A model generated the notes under the pieces. That model had not been told where the DNA came from. It saw nothing but the letters and a program-made list of their open reading frames with translations, and did not search any database. Positions 26,682-39,700 of a DNA stretch of 64,000 nucleotides are shown here, one piece after another. Position 1 is the stretch's first letter. The number at the start of each line of letters is the position of its first letter. Position numbers and translations under genes: made by a program. Origin of the DNA: Takakia lepidozioides (taxonomy: Eukaryota; Plantae; Bryophyta); contig CM060732.1 of assembly GCA_030704615.1 (NCBI GenBank), forward strand, positions 13,516,001 to 13,580,000. Direction: 5' to 3'.

Positions 26682-27622
26682 GCATCTTACATGCCTTCAT
26701 GCGTGCAATGAGGCCAACGTACCCATGGATCTTGGCATACTCCATCTCCTCAAGGGAGGAATGTCTCCCAAACCTTTTTTTCTACACAAGAGTAGAAACA
26801 AATAAAATTTCGTGTTAGAAAGAGAGAGAGAAGATTAGAAGAAAAAACAAATAAACAAAATCGAGAGGGAATGAAGATCTTACAAAGCGAGTGGCAAACG
26901 ATTTGGCTCCTCCCGGGCCAAACTTGGGCGTGGAATCCCCCTTCTCTAGGCAGAGGGTGGCTGCCTCACAACCCCGAGAAAACTTTGGCTTCTTCTCACC
27001 AGCAGTCGCCTCGGCAATGAGGACCTCCCAAGACTCCTAGGCATCCATCCTCATTTTACTAGTTCTTCATATACATGAAAGCATGTATGAAGAAGATTAC
27101 ACATGGGGAAAAAAATAGAATAAAAAAGACAAGAGACGGATATTTAGATAGCATACACGCGAACAGGTTGGAGGCCTCTTGGGAACGAGCCCCCTCTTTG
27201 TTGCCTGCCGGATCTCCATCCTCGCACTGTATCGCTAGAAATGCCCAATTGCGCCAAGAGCGCCGCCATCTCGCTGGGAGAGGCGGCATCCCAACTTGGC
27301 AAGAGGTTGCCGGCACCAACCAAACAACGTCTGGTCGAGGTGGAGACACCCCCGGTGCTGCCATGAACATGTGAGGGAGAGGGCGCCACAACACCGGGGG
27401 ATAAGGATAATATAGCTGCCGCCGCAGCCTCGACGGCGACCTCATGTTGCCGTGATGAACTCCCCCTAGCATCACCACCCTCCTCCACCTCTGACCCCAA
27501 CCCATGGCTCAAAGTATGTGAGGTATTCCGCTCCACCTTCTCCATCTCTCTTGCCTGAAGCAGGGCTGCCCGTGAACGTTCCATGACAGCCTGAATATGC
27601 GATGATGGGCTAGGGCCACTCA

Positions 27623-28090
27623 TGTGTCCACCAACAACGACACGTTAGTTCCGGAAATTATCCCACTCGCGAACATTAACTGACTCCCTTTACGCAAGGG
27701 GCCAGTCTCTTGATACAACTCACAAGAGTAGTTGCCTACCTTGCAAGTCTTGGCAACCACCGCTTCCACCAAGCGGCTGATGGAATCTTCGGACAGCTCC
27801 GTGGTTGCCCAAGTCATGTTCAATTATCAGGGTTTCGCGCACTTCTTGGCCATGTGCCCGGGCTCCCCGCAATTAAAGCACACTCCATCGAAGATCACCT
27901 TCTGTCCGCCATAAGGCGTCGCACCTGATTTTCCTTTCGGAGCACCGAGTGTTGCCTTGACGTGTGAAGGCACTCCCTTCGATTTCCATGTGCCATTGTC
28001 GCCGCGTGGCCTATCCCGTTTCTTTCCCGATCGGAAGGAGTCACCTTCCCGCCGAGTCTTCTTGTGGTTCAGCTCCGTACGGCCTTGTCG
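27623..28090 (-). mobile_element. Chromovirus gag (CCHC)/protease fragment, same family as 40740-47049
   Basis: Closely similar DNA to about 44980-45440; encodes [14 protein letters not shown]...LLVDT. Confidence 0.85.
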
Positions 28091-29040
28091 AGGTAGCCTA
28101 TACTATATGCACACACAAATGCATGCATATGGAGGAATGTATGCGTGCATACAAATTTTAGATATGCATAAGAACAATTTTATATGCACAACACTTAAAT
28201 AAGGGTACCCAAAAATAAAAATAAAAATTGTGATTCATCTAATCTTAGGGTCCATAGTCAAAATATCAAAGGATGGAATAAGAATATTCCATATAGAATA
28301 TTTCATATTCATTGTATTATTATTCCACATGGGTGAGTATAGGAATGGGAGAGGAACATGTTGCTTTTATGGCTTTCCAACATGAGAAAAAAGGTCGAAA
28401 AATTAAAAAGTGACGAGGCACGGCTCCTTGTTAGATACAAATGGTGAAGGTACGGGTCTTCCAATCGTGGGAGTCTGGTTTGAAGTTCAGAATGGAGCAA
28501 TGCTAAGGGAATGCTAGGGAGCTTGACAATGCTAGGGAGCTTGTTACATAGGTTTTGCAGTATCTATATATCTATCTTCTGAAACATTTTTATTCTACAA
28601 AAACATAATGTCCATCAGAGATAGAACCCACAACCTATCGGGTATCAAGCCTAGTTCATACCACTACACTACCCATTCAGACTTGAAACACCAATGAAAT
28701 AAAACACTAATGAGATAAAGATAGTCACCATGTGTGTACATAACATGCCACAATACTCATAAGGGTTGATCTTACTAATGATGAAATTTGATAGTGCTGA
28801 AGTGCATGTCGAACTTGCATTCATGTAAAGGGATCTATGAAATGCAGTAGAGATCTATGTACAAACTATTACATAGATAAATCAAATGACAGGAAGATAA
28901 CATGAAATCTGATTTCAACACCATGTCATTTGCCCCATTTGTTTTACCTTATACTAGAGAGAAATACATGTATCATAAAAAATAACAAAAATTCGGACTG
29001 ACAATGAGGACAATGTATTGTATATATAATTTCTAATTAC

Positions 29041-29877
29041 CTACATAACATCATCAGCTGATACTTCATCATCCGTGTCATAAGCCTGTGATTCAGAGGC
29101 ATATACATCCATGAAAGCCTCAACTCTACGCAACCTATCCACGGATTGTCCAACAATAGCTGCTCTTCGGTCAAACAACAGATCATTGGAAAGACCTACA
29201 TCACGTTGTTGATGTATTGAATGCAAAGCTTGGGACTTGGCATACGAAGGTAGATAAAACGATGAAAAAGGACTTTGGGGTAGACTATCGTAGATGGTCC
29301 GCACAATCCCATCACTGCATCACACATACATGTATACTTATGTTAACAAATCAAATGGGAATGGTTTGCTTTGCAAATAATATAGAGATTGCAACAAAGG
29401 GATTGGAGGCGAGACATACTCACTAGGAAGTACTGCCGAGATGAAGACCAAGCTTGCGCGCCACCTTAGGAGCGGGGGGTTCCAACAAACTCACAGGACA
29501 TTGAATGGTTGGAGTTACCACAGATGAAACCAAAACGGGTTGAGTATTTTGAAGTGCAGAGAGACGTGCTGCATACAATGTCTGGTCCCCCTCAAGACCA
29601 AATACGTGACGTCCAGACTCGCGGGCAGCAATAAATGTAGAACCTGCAGGAAAAAAACATGCAATGATGATATTATATCGGATAACAGTTAATGATCATG
29701 AATCAGCTCAGAAGATTTTAATTACAAAATGGAGACCAATGCAAACCTGTGCCAGCTGTGAGATCCAAAATGCGGGAGCCAGGAGGTGAGCATGTCTCCA
29801 ACAACACTTGCATGAAGGCGGGACTACGGTCTCGCGCACCCCTCCAGGCTTGTTGAGGAGTTTGCATGGGTAGTGCA
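29041..29877 (-). pseudogene. 5'-truncated N4/N6 DNA methyltransferase-like gene (copy 3)
   Basis: Exons 29877-29747, 29643-29424 and 29314-29041 splice in frame to ...AWRGARDRSPAFMQVLLETCSPPGSRILDLTAGT|GSTFIAARESGRHVFGLEGDQTLY...|...LPQSPFSSFYLPSYAK. These are SAM-binding motifs X-I-II, with the same intron positions as the copy at 49939-51750. Confidence 0.8.
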
Positions 29878-30457
29878 ACACTCCTTCATGACACTGGCAA
29901 CGGCACGTAAGCTGGGGCTCCCGACAAATGATATGGAGGCCTCTATTGAAGTGCGTTATGCCAAAGGAGAACCACAACTGGCGACGAGGTTGGCGTTCGA
30001 TGTTCCTCTTCAGCTGGGGAGTTGGGAGGGACGTGAGAACTTTATCATTTGCGAGATTGATGGAGTGGATCTCATTTTGGGAATGACATTTTTGAGAAAA
30101 TCAGGAGCGGTCATAGATGGCCGCAAGAGAGTAGTCACGCTACCGTGTGGGAATGTTGGCGAAGTTCTACGAGTGTTGGAAACACCCAACCCAGTGGGAG
30201 CGAATAAACCTGATGTCAGCAAAGGAGTGGGCCTTGGAGGAGCCACACGAGCCCCAGGTTTTGCTTTACATAAGACAAGTGGAGGGAGAAGGCGATAGGG
30301 AGCCGAGCCCAGATTGGATCAAGGGGATCTTGGAGAAATACTAGGATGTGATGCCGGAGGATTTACCAAGCGGCTTGCCACCGCGAAGAGGAGTTGACCA
30401 CAAGATTGAGGTGATACCGGGATCGGAGCCGCCTGCCAAGGTGCCCTACCGGTTGAG
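29878..30457 (+). mobile_element. Chromovirus protease/RT-start fragment
   Basis: HSFMTLATARKLGL...DLILGMTFL...[14 protein letters not shown]; DNA homologous to about 44390-44970 (reverse). Confidence 0.85.
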
Positions 30458-31276
30458 GTTTACTATTTCATGAGTAGAAACCATGAGCCATGAGCCGCAT
30501 GAGCGGTGAGCCAAAGTCTAAGACACGCGGATTTCATGAGCGGACTCCTCCAAATTTGGAAATGCGGCAGATTAAACAAGTATTAAAATAATAGTTTTTT
30601 ATTTGACCATGCCGTTTTTGGAAGTTCCAGATCCTGTAATGCGGCGAAGATATGTCGTCAGTAACAAGTCCGCTCATGGTTTTTTTAGATCCGCTCATGG
30701 AAATGAGTGACCATGCAACGAGAAATCCAGTATACCACGGCAAAAGGACGTCGCATACTGGCCTGTATAGAGTATTCCGCGGTTTTACATGCCTTAACAT
30801 TGGAATGAAGCTGACCCTTTTGCCGCGATTGAACCAATAGAGTCTGCACCAATAGAGTCTGCAATACTTCACAATTCTGTCATCTTCGGGTATTCGGCGG
30901 GAAAGGTTTGCGACTCAACTGGGAAATGCGGTGCCGCATTAAGGTTCGCACGTGCGAAATTTTGGCGAAGGCCGCATCTACCAGTACCTACGACGTTACT
31001 TGGAAATGCGGCGCCGCATTTCCTTGCCGGGGGTCGAATGAGGAAAGCAAAGTTTGGGAGAGCAGAAAAACAGGAACCCTCCAACACACAAAAATACATG
31101 CACGTGGAAACACAAGTGAATGACATAGTATTATCTTAGTTCGAGCAAAACAAGTTACTGGTAGGCAAGACATAAGTCGGACCTTTATGTGGCCAGAGTC
31201 AGAGCTACTTGCAGCAGTACAGTTCTACTATCCGAAAAGGATGGGCGTACCATTGTGTTGGGACCGCAAGCCAAGC

Positions 31277-34200
31277 TCACTGGTCCCCTGGATCCATATT
31301 CAGAAGAGTGTGCACCTCTTGGGGGCTCAACCCTGGTGCATGTATGAAGTGATGAGTTGTGGAATTACACCGGAGTATCTTTAGGTACACGTAGTACAGA
31401 TGCTTGCAAGGGCAGTATGTTGCCCCCTTGTTCGCCATGATCTGGAAGTCGGTGCAATTGCAAGTGGGTAATTCTGAAATGGTGATGGTATACACCTCAT
31501 TGCGAACAGCTAAGCCTACTGTGGCCATCTGATACACACGCCCGAAGCCTGGTGGGGGCACTTCTATCGAGCTCTGGATTGTACAGTTCATCCGAAGTGC
31601 ATTCCCCATCCTTGTCTCGTTCACTTTTGAGGAGGTCGCCGCCTCTTCGATTTCCCCCAACGGTGTGTAGGATGCTTAGAGCTGTCGTGTCCCATTGTTC
31701 TTGCTCTCACAGGGGTCGGTGGTGGAGGCTGTGGAAGCGGAAATGGTTGTCTAGGGACGTCAGTGCGCTGCACCATCCGAAATCCTGCGGCGGTAAGGGC
31801 GTCGGCCTCAACCTGACTCAGATCGCAGCCTGGTTCCACCGGCCACACCGGGGGAGCCTCTGGCGTTGTTTGTATGCCGTACTTGGGCTTTCCATACACG
31901 CAAGTCATAATGTCGTGCCTGCAGAACCAGAACTGGGTGGTTGTCGCCTCCGCAAACTTTGCATGGATAAATCTTCCTGTAAAAGTAGGAGCAGGGACAG
32001 CCCCATCTGGATTCCTCCTTATCATCTCTAAACAACGTTGCCGTGTATCCACTCGAATTGCGGAACACCTGCCTCGAAACGACGGCTTTGTGCAAGCAAT
32101 TCTCCACTGTGACGCAGACACAGTCGTCTCCACAATGGCTTGGCCATACTGCATAACAGTGGGCAGAATCTGGGGCAAGCGAGCGGTGAGAATTTCTTGC
32201 ACGGAATCCCCGCTTGAAGGCAATGGCGATCTGGAATTTCTTGGGCTTCCATTGCTGGAAGACACATTGTGTGGCAACATGACGGGACCTCGAGGTGCTC
32301 TCCGAATGTTCCTGTCGAATCTCCAGGAATCCTCTTCGCACCCAGGTTCCTCTTCAATCCTCCGCCTCACAGGGCGAGTATAGACGTCCCCCTCTAGGTG
32401 TTCACCTCTGCGGTGCAGAGGCGTCCCTTTGATCTTCTCTCGCAATGTTGTCGCCCATTTCAGTGGATTCTTGGACCTCGAAGCTGTTCATACCAACAAT
32501 TCCTCCCTGTCCGGCCCAAAGCCCCATTGTTTCCCGCTCAGGAACTTGTAGTACGTGGCTTGCTGCATGATTGCTCTGTCGATGTCCTCCATTGTGGCCA
32601 TCACTACGTCCACCAGATGTGCGGCAGAAGACGCTCGCCAGGAGGAGTGCACTGATTCTGCCATATTCGTGTTCGGCATGTCCGTGTCGGAATCCAAGCA
32701 CCGCTCCTACAAGGACACAAAAAATGGTGAGGGACCAATGGAAAGGTCCGTAATAGAAAGACAATTGCACGAAAATGATTGTATCATACCTCCCGCATGT
32801 ATTGTCCGAACTGTCGATACCGGAAATGCCACCACCCCAACCAGCTATGCAAGGCTCCCAGATTGGTTGTCTCCACTGCACTTGACGTGTTCCACCAAGC
32901 CTCGATGATAGCAAACTTAACCTCCGCGTCATCAAATGTGGGTGCATCCTTCCACGCCGTACAAAGGACACGGTGTTCAGCCTGGAATGAGCTAGCAACA
33001 AATTTGGTAGTGCAGTGAGATAGACTCTGCATCCAATGGAATCCACAGGATCTCTCTTTCCCCTCCATTGGAACATTGGGGTCCTCACCGTACACACGCC
33101 GCACCGCTGCCCAGTTGGCCTGAGCGTTGTCTACCATGAATCCCCTGAAATTGGGCTCTGCCAATCCCGCCCTTGCCATCTGCTCGTTTATGCCCTCCCA
33201 CAGATGCATCTCCGACTGTGTGTCCTCCCCTTTCATCTCGCAGATTGCAATCGTCATGAGCCTCTTGGAGTGATAGTCATAAACATGCGCACCCATAGTC
33301 ACCCACTGATGGTTTGTAATTCACTTGATGTGATCAAACATCACCCAAGCATTCGACAAGTTTCCAGTTGTCATGCGAGTGACCAAGTCGACTCCACTCC
33401 CAGGCCCACACGTCGACATTTTAAAAATGTAACAACGATCAGATTCGTTGCCTTGCCCTGGAAACCTGCTACCTTGGATGTAGTCATATCCAGTCATTCG
33501 TTTCACCTCCAGGATTGAGTGCATGTCCGACCCCCGGCCGAACTCCTGCTTGCAAGATACGATGTGATTCCGCACATTTGGACTACAAACGTGCGAGACG
33601 GACTCCAACAGGTCAAGCATCTCCTCTTCGTTCAAGGGCACTCGGTCTGAACCATCTTCAAACATGATTTTGCCAAGAGCAATCTTGTGGGCTGCCTTCA
33701 ACTGAATCTGCTTTGGTCTGGCTCCGGGGCTCAATTTCACCTCCTCTTTTATGATGTCGTGTGCTTCTTGCACAGCCTCCCGCATGTTGCCTCTCGCCAA
33801 GGGGTGGAGTGGACCCCAACGTGTATGCAAGCTCTAGTCAAGTCCGGGAGCAAATGGATTACGTAATATTGCTTGGCTCTGCACATGGACATGCACGTCG
33901 GTGGTTCTTTGCAATGTGCGCACTTGAAAGTACCCGCAAGAGCTTGGCTGGAGACAATGAATGGATGATGCGTTGTGCCAGTCTAATCCATCTCGTTTCT
34001 CCGCCCTCCTTTGGAGAGAAAGTGGAAGCAGGCGGGATTGAGGCACCTCAGCTTCCCCGCACAGAGGACGTATCGTACACAAACACCATCAGCAATTTTC
34101 GTGCTACTGGTCTTCGTCACACACTAGGGGTGTCCGTCATGCTTTCGATCCATGTCTGTTAACATCCCTGAGGCTTTGTTTGACGAAGTAACAGGTGGAA

Positions 34201-34930
34201 ACTCAAAGATGACATTGCCATCGACTTCGGGAGGCAGATACGTTACCTTCCTGACTGGAAATTTGGCATAGTCGAGAGCAGCCAGCTCGGAGCAAGAACC
34301 ATCGAGGTGATGTTGCCGTAGGAGCTGCACAATGGACCGGGTTGGAGTTATGCTCGAGGGTACATGCGTAGCACCTGCAGAGACGTCCATGTCGGATTTG
34401 AACAACCGTGTGGAGGACATGGGGACCTCAATGCACTCATCTTCCTCGTCGGAAATGAATACGTCCACACGAGAAGCTATGGAGGGTCTTGACGGTCCAG
34501 GTCGGGAATGATTATCGTTGCATACCTCTCTGTTGGCAGTGGCCGCCTGTCGGTTTCCCGACTCCTTTGTGGATGGTGTGGGCAGCGACTGATTCGGAAA
34601 GGGAATGGGCATTCCCACAGCTCGGTACAGGATGGTGTCTGATGGGGGTACATGCCATTTCATTCCGCAACCTCCATCGTTACCTAGCACGACAATGGTC
34701 TCGTTAACTTGTCCAGGAACATCCTTCCTTTCTTCTTCCAAATAAATTGTGTCCGGTTTGAGCTTGAATTTGGAACAAAGGTAAGTTTCAGTCACTCTGC
34801 AAAGTCCTCCCTCGTTTGGGATCCAGGTTCTCCCAAGTTGCGGAGGACAGCAAACTATAGCGTAGAATTCGGAGCCATCGAAGACCGCACGAAGTTGGCA
34901 AGTGCGAGGTTCAGTATAGCGACTGACCAA
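31277..34930 (-). pseudogene. MULE-type DDE transposase with C-terminal SWIM zinc finger (stops/frameshifts)
   Basis: WVMFDH, TMGAHVYD, GFMVDNAQANW, SCGFHW (CxxH), NMAESVH, and SWIM CNCTDF...YCPCKHLYYV. In-frame stop at 33321. Confidence 0.75.
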
Positions 34931-35326
34931 GGCTCACAGGCACCACGTAAGTGGATCTGCGGAGTCCATCGACGATTGGAAGTCGCACATTGAAGTGGAA
35001 AGTATTGTTTCAAGCTACATGCATAAAGGTGGGAGGTGTGATTCCATATCCAGTAAGTATGACAATGATGGCCGATTCGGCGACGAAATAACATCTCCTG
35101 ACAGTTTCTCCTGAGGGTAGATCAACCAGTATTCGCGGTGCAGACATGAACGTTCGAACTGACAAATGCCAGGACTGTTAGTTAAAATGGTTAGACAACC
35201 AAGTTGTGCTCATTAAGATAGGCTGCAATTGTGTTGTTTCGGAACAATGTAACCCATTGCATATGGCTGAATGGGAATGCGGTCCTGCATCTCAGTTCGA
35301 CATCATCCTCTCGTTGATTGTTATCA

Positions 35327-36720
35327 GAAATGCGGCACCGCATTTCCGTCAACAGGGAAACCAAAATACTGGTGCAACGGAAATGCAGTACCACATTTCA
35401 GTCCACTGTAAAAGCAGGCCCATGGTGGAACGGAAATGCGGTATCACATTTAGGTCCAACGGGACTAAGAACACACGGTAGAAAATAATTGCGACAGCGC
35501 ATTTTCATCGACTATGACACTTTGGATAGGCAGGAACGGAATCCAGTGGACGGAAATGAGGTTCCGCATTTACGTCCGGTGTGCTACTTTTGATTGCTGT
35601 TGGACGGAAATACGGGGCCGCATTTCCGTTTTGCATCTTAGTCATGCACCAGTGCGACGGAAATGCGGCATCGCATTTCCGTCCGGGGGAGACCTTCATA
35701 CTCTCCAGAACGGAAATGCGGTACCGCATTTCCGTCCGAGTCGCACCTTCCGACATTCCAGAACGGAAATGCGGCGCCGCATTTCCGTTTTGTATCTGTG
35801 GCATGGAGCTGTGGGACGGAAATGCAGCACCGCATTTCCGTCCGAGTCGCACCTTCCGACATTCCAGAACGGAAATGCGGCGCCGCATTTCCATTTTGTA
35901 TCTGTGGCATGGAGCTGTGGGGCGGAAATACGGCACCGCATTTTCGTCTGGGGGAGACCTTCATACTCTCCAGAACAGAAATGCGGTACCGCATTTCCGT
36001 TCGGACTGAAAATCGTGAACCACCGGAACTGAAATGCGGCACCGCATTTCCGTCCGAGTCGCACCTTCCGACATTCCAGAACGGAAATGTTGTATCTGAG
36101 ACATGGAGCTGTGGGACGGAAATGCGGCAAGGCATTTCCGTTCAACAACTAAGGTATGTGAAGGTGGAATGGAAATGCCGTACCGCATTTCCGTTCAGAT
36201 TGAAAATCATGAACCACGGGAACTGAAATGCGGCACCGCATTTCCGTCCGAGTCGCACCTTCCGACATTCTAGAACGGAAATGCGGCGCCGCATTTCCGT
36301 TTTGTATCTGTGGCATGGAGCTGTGGGACGGAATTGCGGCACCGCATTTCCGTCCGGGGGAGACCTTCATACTCTCCAGAACGGAAATGCGGTACCGCAT
36401 TTCCGTTTTGACTGAAAATCGTGAACCACCGGAACTGTAATGCGGCACCACATTTCCGTCCGAGTCGCACCTTCCGACATTCCAGAAGGGAAATGCGGCG
36501 CCGCATTTCCGTTCGTGTGAGACCTTCATACTCTCCAGAACGGAAATGTGGCACCGCATTTCCGTTCAACAACTAAGGTATGTGAAGGTGGAACGGAAAT
36601 GCGGTGCCGCATTTTCGTCTAACAAGTACGGCATGTGGAGCTTCGGGATGGTACTTAACGGAAATGCGGCGCCACATTTGCATTTTCACTCTAACTCATA
36701 AGATGCTGGGACGGAAATGC
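35327..36720. repeat. Palindrome-plus-spacer array with 53-bp period
   Basis: About 26 copies of GGAAATGCGG-NN-CCGCATTTCC starting at 35606, 35659, 35712, 35765, 35818, 35871, 35924, 35977, 36030, 36083 (partial), 36118, 36171...36595. They are separated by about 5 recurring, mutually dissimilar spacer types of equal length. Confidence 0.95.
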
Positions 36721-39700
36721 CATGATATGTGAACACGTGGACTAACGGGATCGCGGCACATGTCTGCACTCTATCTGACTGAAGTGGCAGGATGCGGTGC
36801 GGCCTGACCGTTGGTTAATGATGTTTGTTTTTCGGACAGCAGGCGTACCCTTGACGATTCGAATTTCGTAATGACGCATAGTCCACGAGGAGACACTTCC
36901 GTCCAAGCCTTTCGAACCCAAGTGGTGCATCACCGCCGTTTCATCTTCTTTTGTCGTGTCTACTCAGTCACCCCTCTCGCTCCCTTTCCATCTGCACTCT
37001 TCGCCCCTTTTCCCTATCTCTGTTCTTTTTATGCTCGAACCTGAGAGGGAGGGAGTTTGTGCACCAGAGAAGAGACATTGTCGCAAGCTCGGAAAATTGT
37101 ACTTCGGACGTAGGCCAATGCCAAAGGGGAGGAAGCAGATGCGTCTACAGGAGGAGATTGCCATCTCGCAGCAGCAGGCCACGCAGGCAACCTAGCCACC
37201 AGTGAGAGCTCCGTGCTATCGGGATGCGCGTAGCTGATCGAGCACCGAAACCCCCCTCATTTTTCTTCTGCAATTCTTAGACTGTATGCTAGGAGACTTG
37301 AATACAGAAGATGTTTGCATGCCTAACCGGAAAGGTGGACGTGCTGGAGGGATCGCAGGAATCCAAAGAGCCGCAGGAAGAGTCCGTGGAGCTAGCTGCA
37401 GCACGCACACCCAGCCGATCCACGAGCACGGGTCTTCCTGTCGGGCCTAGCCCTGTGCGTTTCAAGGACGCGGCTTCGAAGGGCAAGTCTTTGCAGTTCA
37501 AAGCCCCAGAGAGCGACTCGCGTTCGAAGGTCATGGAGAATCGCCAGCAGGGGTCGGGCCCTTCTCCAGCAAAGATGAAGAAGAAGCAGCCCGTCCTTCA
37601 ACTGGTTTCTGAACTGGACCAGGCCGTTTCCCCCCCCACCCACGCGAATGAAGCAGAAGGGTACAGGGCAGATTCAATTGCAGCAGACACCTTCACCTGT
37701 AAGAATGAGGAAGCACAAGGCAATCAGGGGGAGGGCGGAGCAGTCTCCCGCAAAACCGATTCCTCGAGCTGAAGCCCAGTTCCTGCTTGATTTCCAGCCT
37801 CGTGATGGTGGGGTCGTCTCTGCTGCAGCGAAGGCAATGGGATCGACCGATTTTGTCGATCTGTTACCGGAGGAGGGTGCTGCCGCTCAACGTTCGCAGC
37901 AAGACCTGACCACCGTTGCGGAAGATCTTCATAATACTGCAGGCCCGGAGGAGGCCTCTACAATGGCAGAATTGCCCGCAAAGATTCCCCAGAGTGCAGC
38001 TCCAGTTGGGGATGCTCCAGCTGCTCAGCCCCTATCGCCACCTACAGAAATGTCTCCGGAGGAATTCCAAAGTGCAGCGGATACAATGTTGGAGGAGACA
38101 CACAGTAGCATTGGCAGAGTTCTGGGCAGCAGGGTATTCCAGCGGATCTCTTCGAATCCCACTCTGTCGCATGGTCTCCCTTCCCATCGTCAGGCAGGCA
38201 CTTCCCGGAGATGTGGATAAGCTCAAGTTCGCATTTCGAGAAGGGTACCATCTAGGTTTGCCAGTCTTCTACGTTTCCATTGAGAATGAGGACGGCGAAA
38301 CTCGTGGACCCACTGCAGATGAATTGTCAACATGGGATACCCACTGGCACACTCGCAACGACGAATTTCGAGGCAACGCTGAAGGGTGATCCAGACTTCG
38401 GCCATATGTCGGGTAAAATGTTCTTTGTGTGGGACGGGAATCACCGACTTCTTGCCTGGTGGGAGTACATCAAGCAGAACCATGCCAAGCACATTGGCTG
38501 GCATTACATGGTGGAGTGTGTCGTCCTCAAGGTGAAGGCAGCAGACTCCTCCCTGCTCAAGAATGCCATGGCGGACCTCAACTCGTAAGATACTCATACC
38601 CTCCCAAGCACGTTCGAAATCCGGTGTCGCATTTCGGTTTCCAATCTGTTTTGTTTCCGTGCTTCCGTGGACTGAACTGGAGAGTGTGCCTTGCAGGGTC
38701 ACTGAAAATGCGTACGTGCATACCCACATGGCACATATGTTGTACGGGGTGAGAAAAACTGGCCTCACTGATCCGCACATGTTTGCGGAAATGCTGGAGC
38801 CCGAGCTCATTCAGAAAGCCGTGGCAAAAACTGACCGGACATGGTATCGTCTCACTATGGATGGAATGGTGGAGGTGATATATGAAGTAAGTCGTCCTCC
38901 CATTTCCCTCTGCTCATCCTTCCCCAATTTTCAGTAATCTTTCCACATGAACGCTTCTGCATGTTTTTGTTGGCAGTCAAACATCAAGCTGGATTTGGCC
39001 CATGCCAAACGCTTCTTCATGGAAAGTGAGGGGCAGGTCAAAATGTTGCAGTCATTGACTGAGCACTTGAAGGAAGCCGGGGTCAAGTCGAGAACAAAAT
39101 ACAAGTCAAAGCTTGTGAAGCTGGTGGCAATTGCAGATCCGGCACTTGGAAAGGACTTCATCCCCGAGATTGCAAAACACTATTCTCGGGCCATGCAGCC
39201 GACCATGCAGTTGGAGAAACTGCATCACCTCTCAACGGCATGTGTTGAGGCGAAAGAGAAGGTGAGGTTTCAATGCACTGAAGTTCCTTCCTAGCAATAG
39301 CCACTCTTCTTCCTACTCCTGACATTGGATCGGAAATGGCAGACACGGTGGCTGTCGATCTGGAACGCATCGGAGAGTATAAGGACAATGTGGTCTTTTC
39401 CACTCGAAGTTTCCGACCCTGCAGTGGATGTGTGGCTCAACCGCATGACTTGGTGGTTCCAGGTAATTCAAGGTACTTCCCCAGATTTGCTTTTCTGAAA
39501 TGAATTCCCTGAACTGCTACGTGACAATGCAGGTGGGAATCGCAGGTAATGACGAATGCGAAGGAGCAAGTCGTAATGCATACAAATTCGTTCGGCTTGT
39601 ACGTCAAATGGGATGGAACACAGACATTGGAAGACTATGTGACACGTTTCAGATGTGCGTACAAGGACAACCTCTTCGCCAGGGAGCTACAGATAACAAG

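Noticed and set aside
35505-36572. Overlapping ORFs with EMRxRIS / GNAAPHF / KCGAAFP repeats (also 47978-49164)
   Set aside because: They are translations of the palindromic repeat in all six frames.
35327-36720. CRISPR array
   Set aside because: Spacers recur many times, no cas genes are present, the context is eukaryotic with introns, and the same repeat is dispersed in introns and elsewhere.
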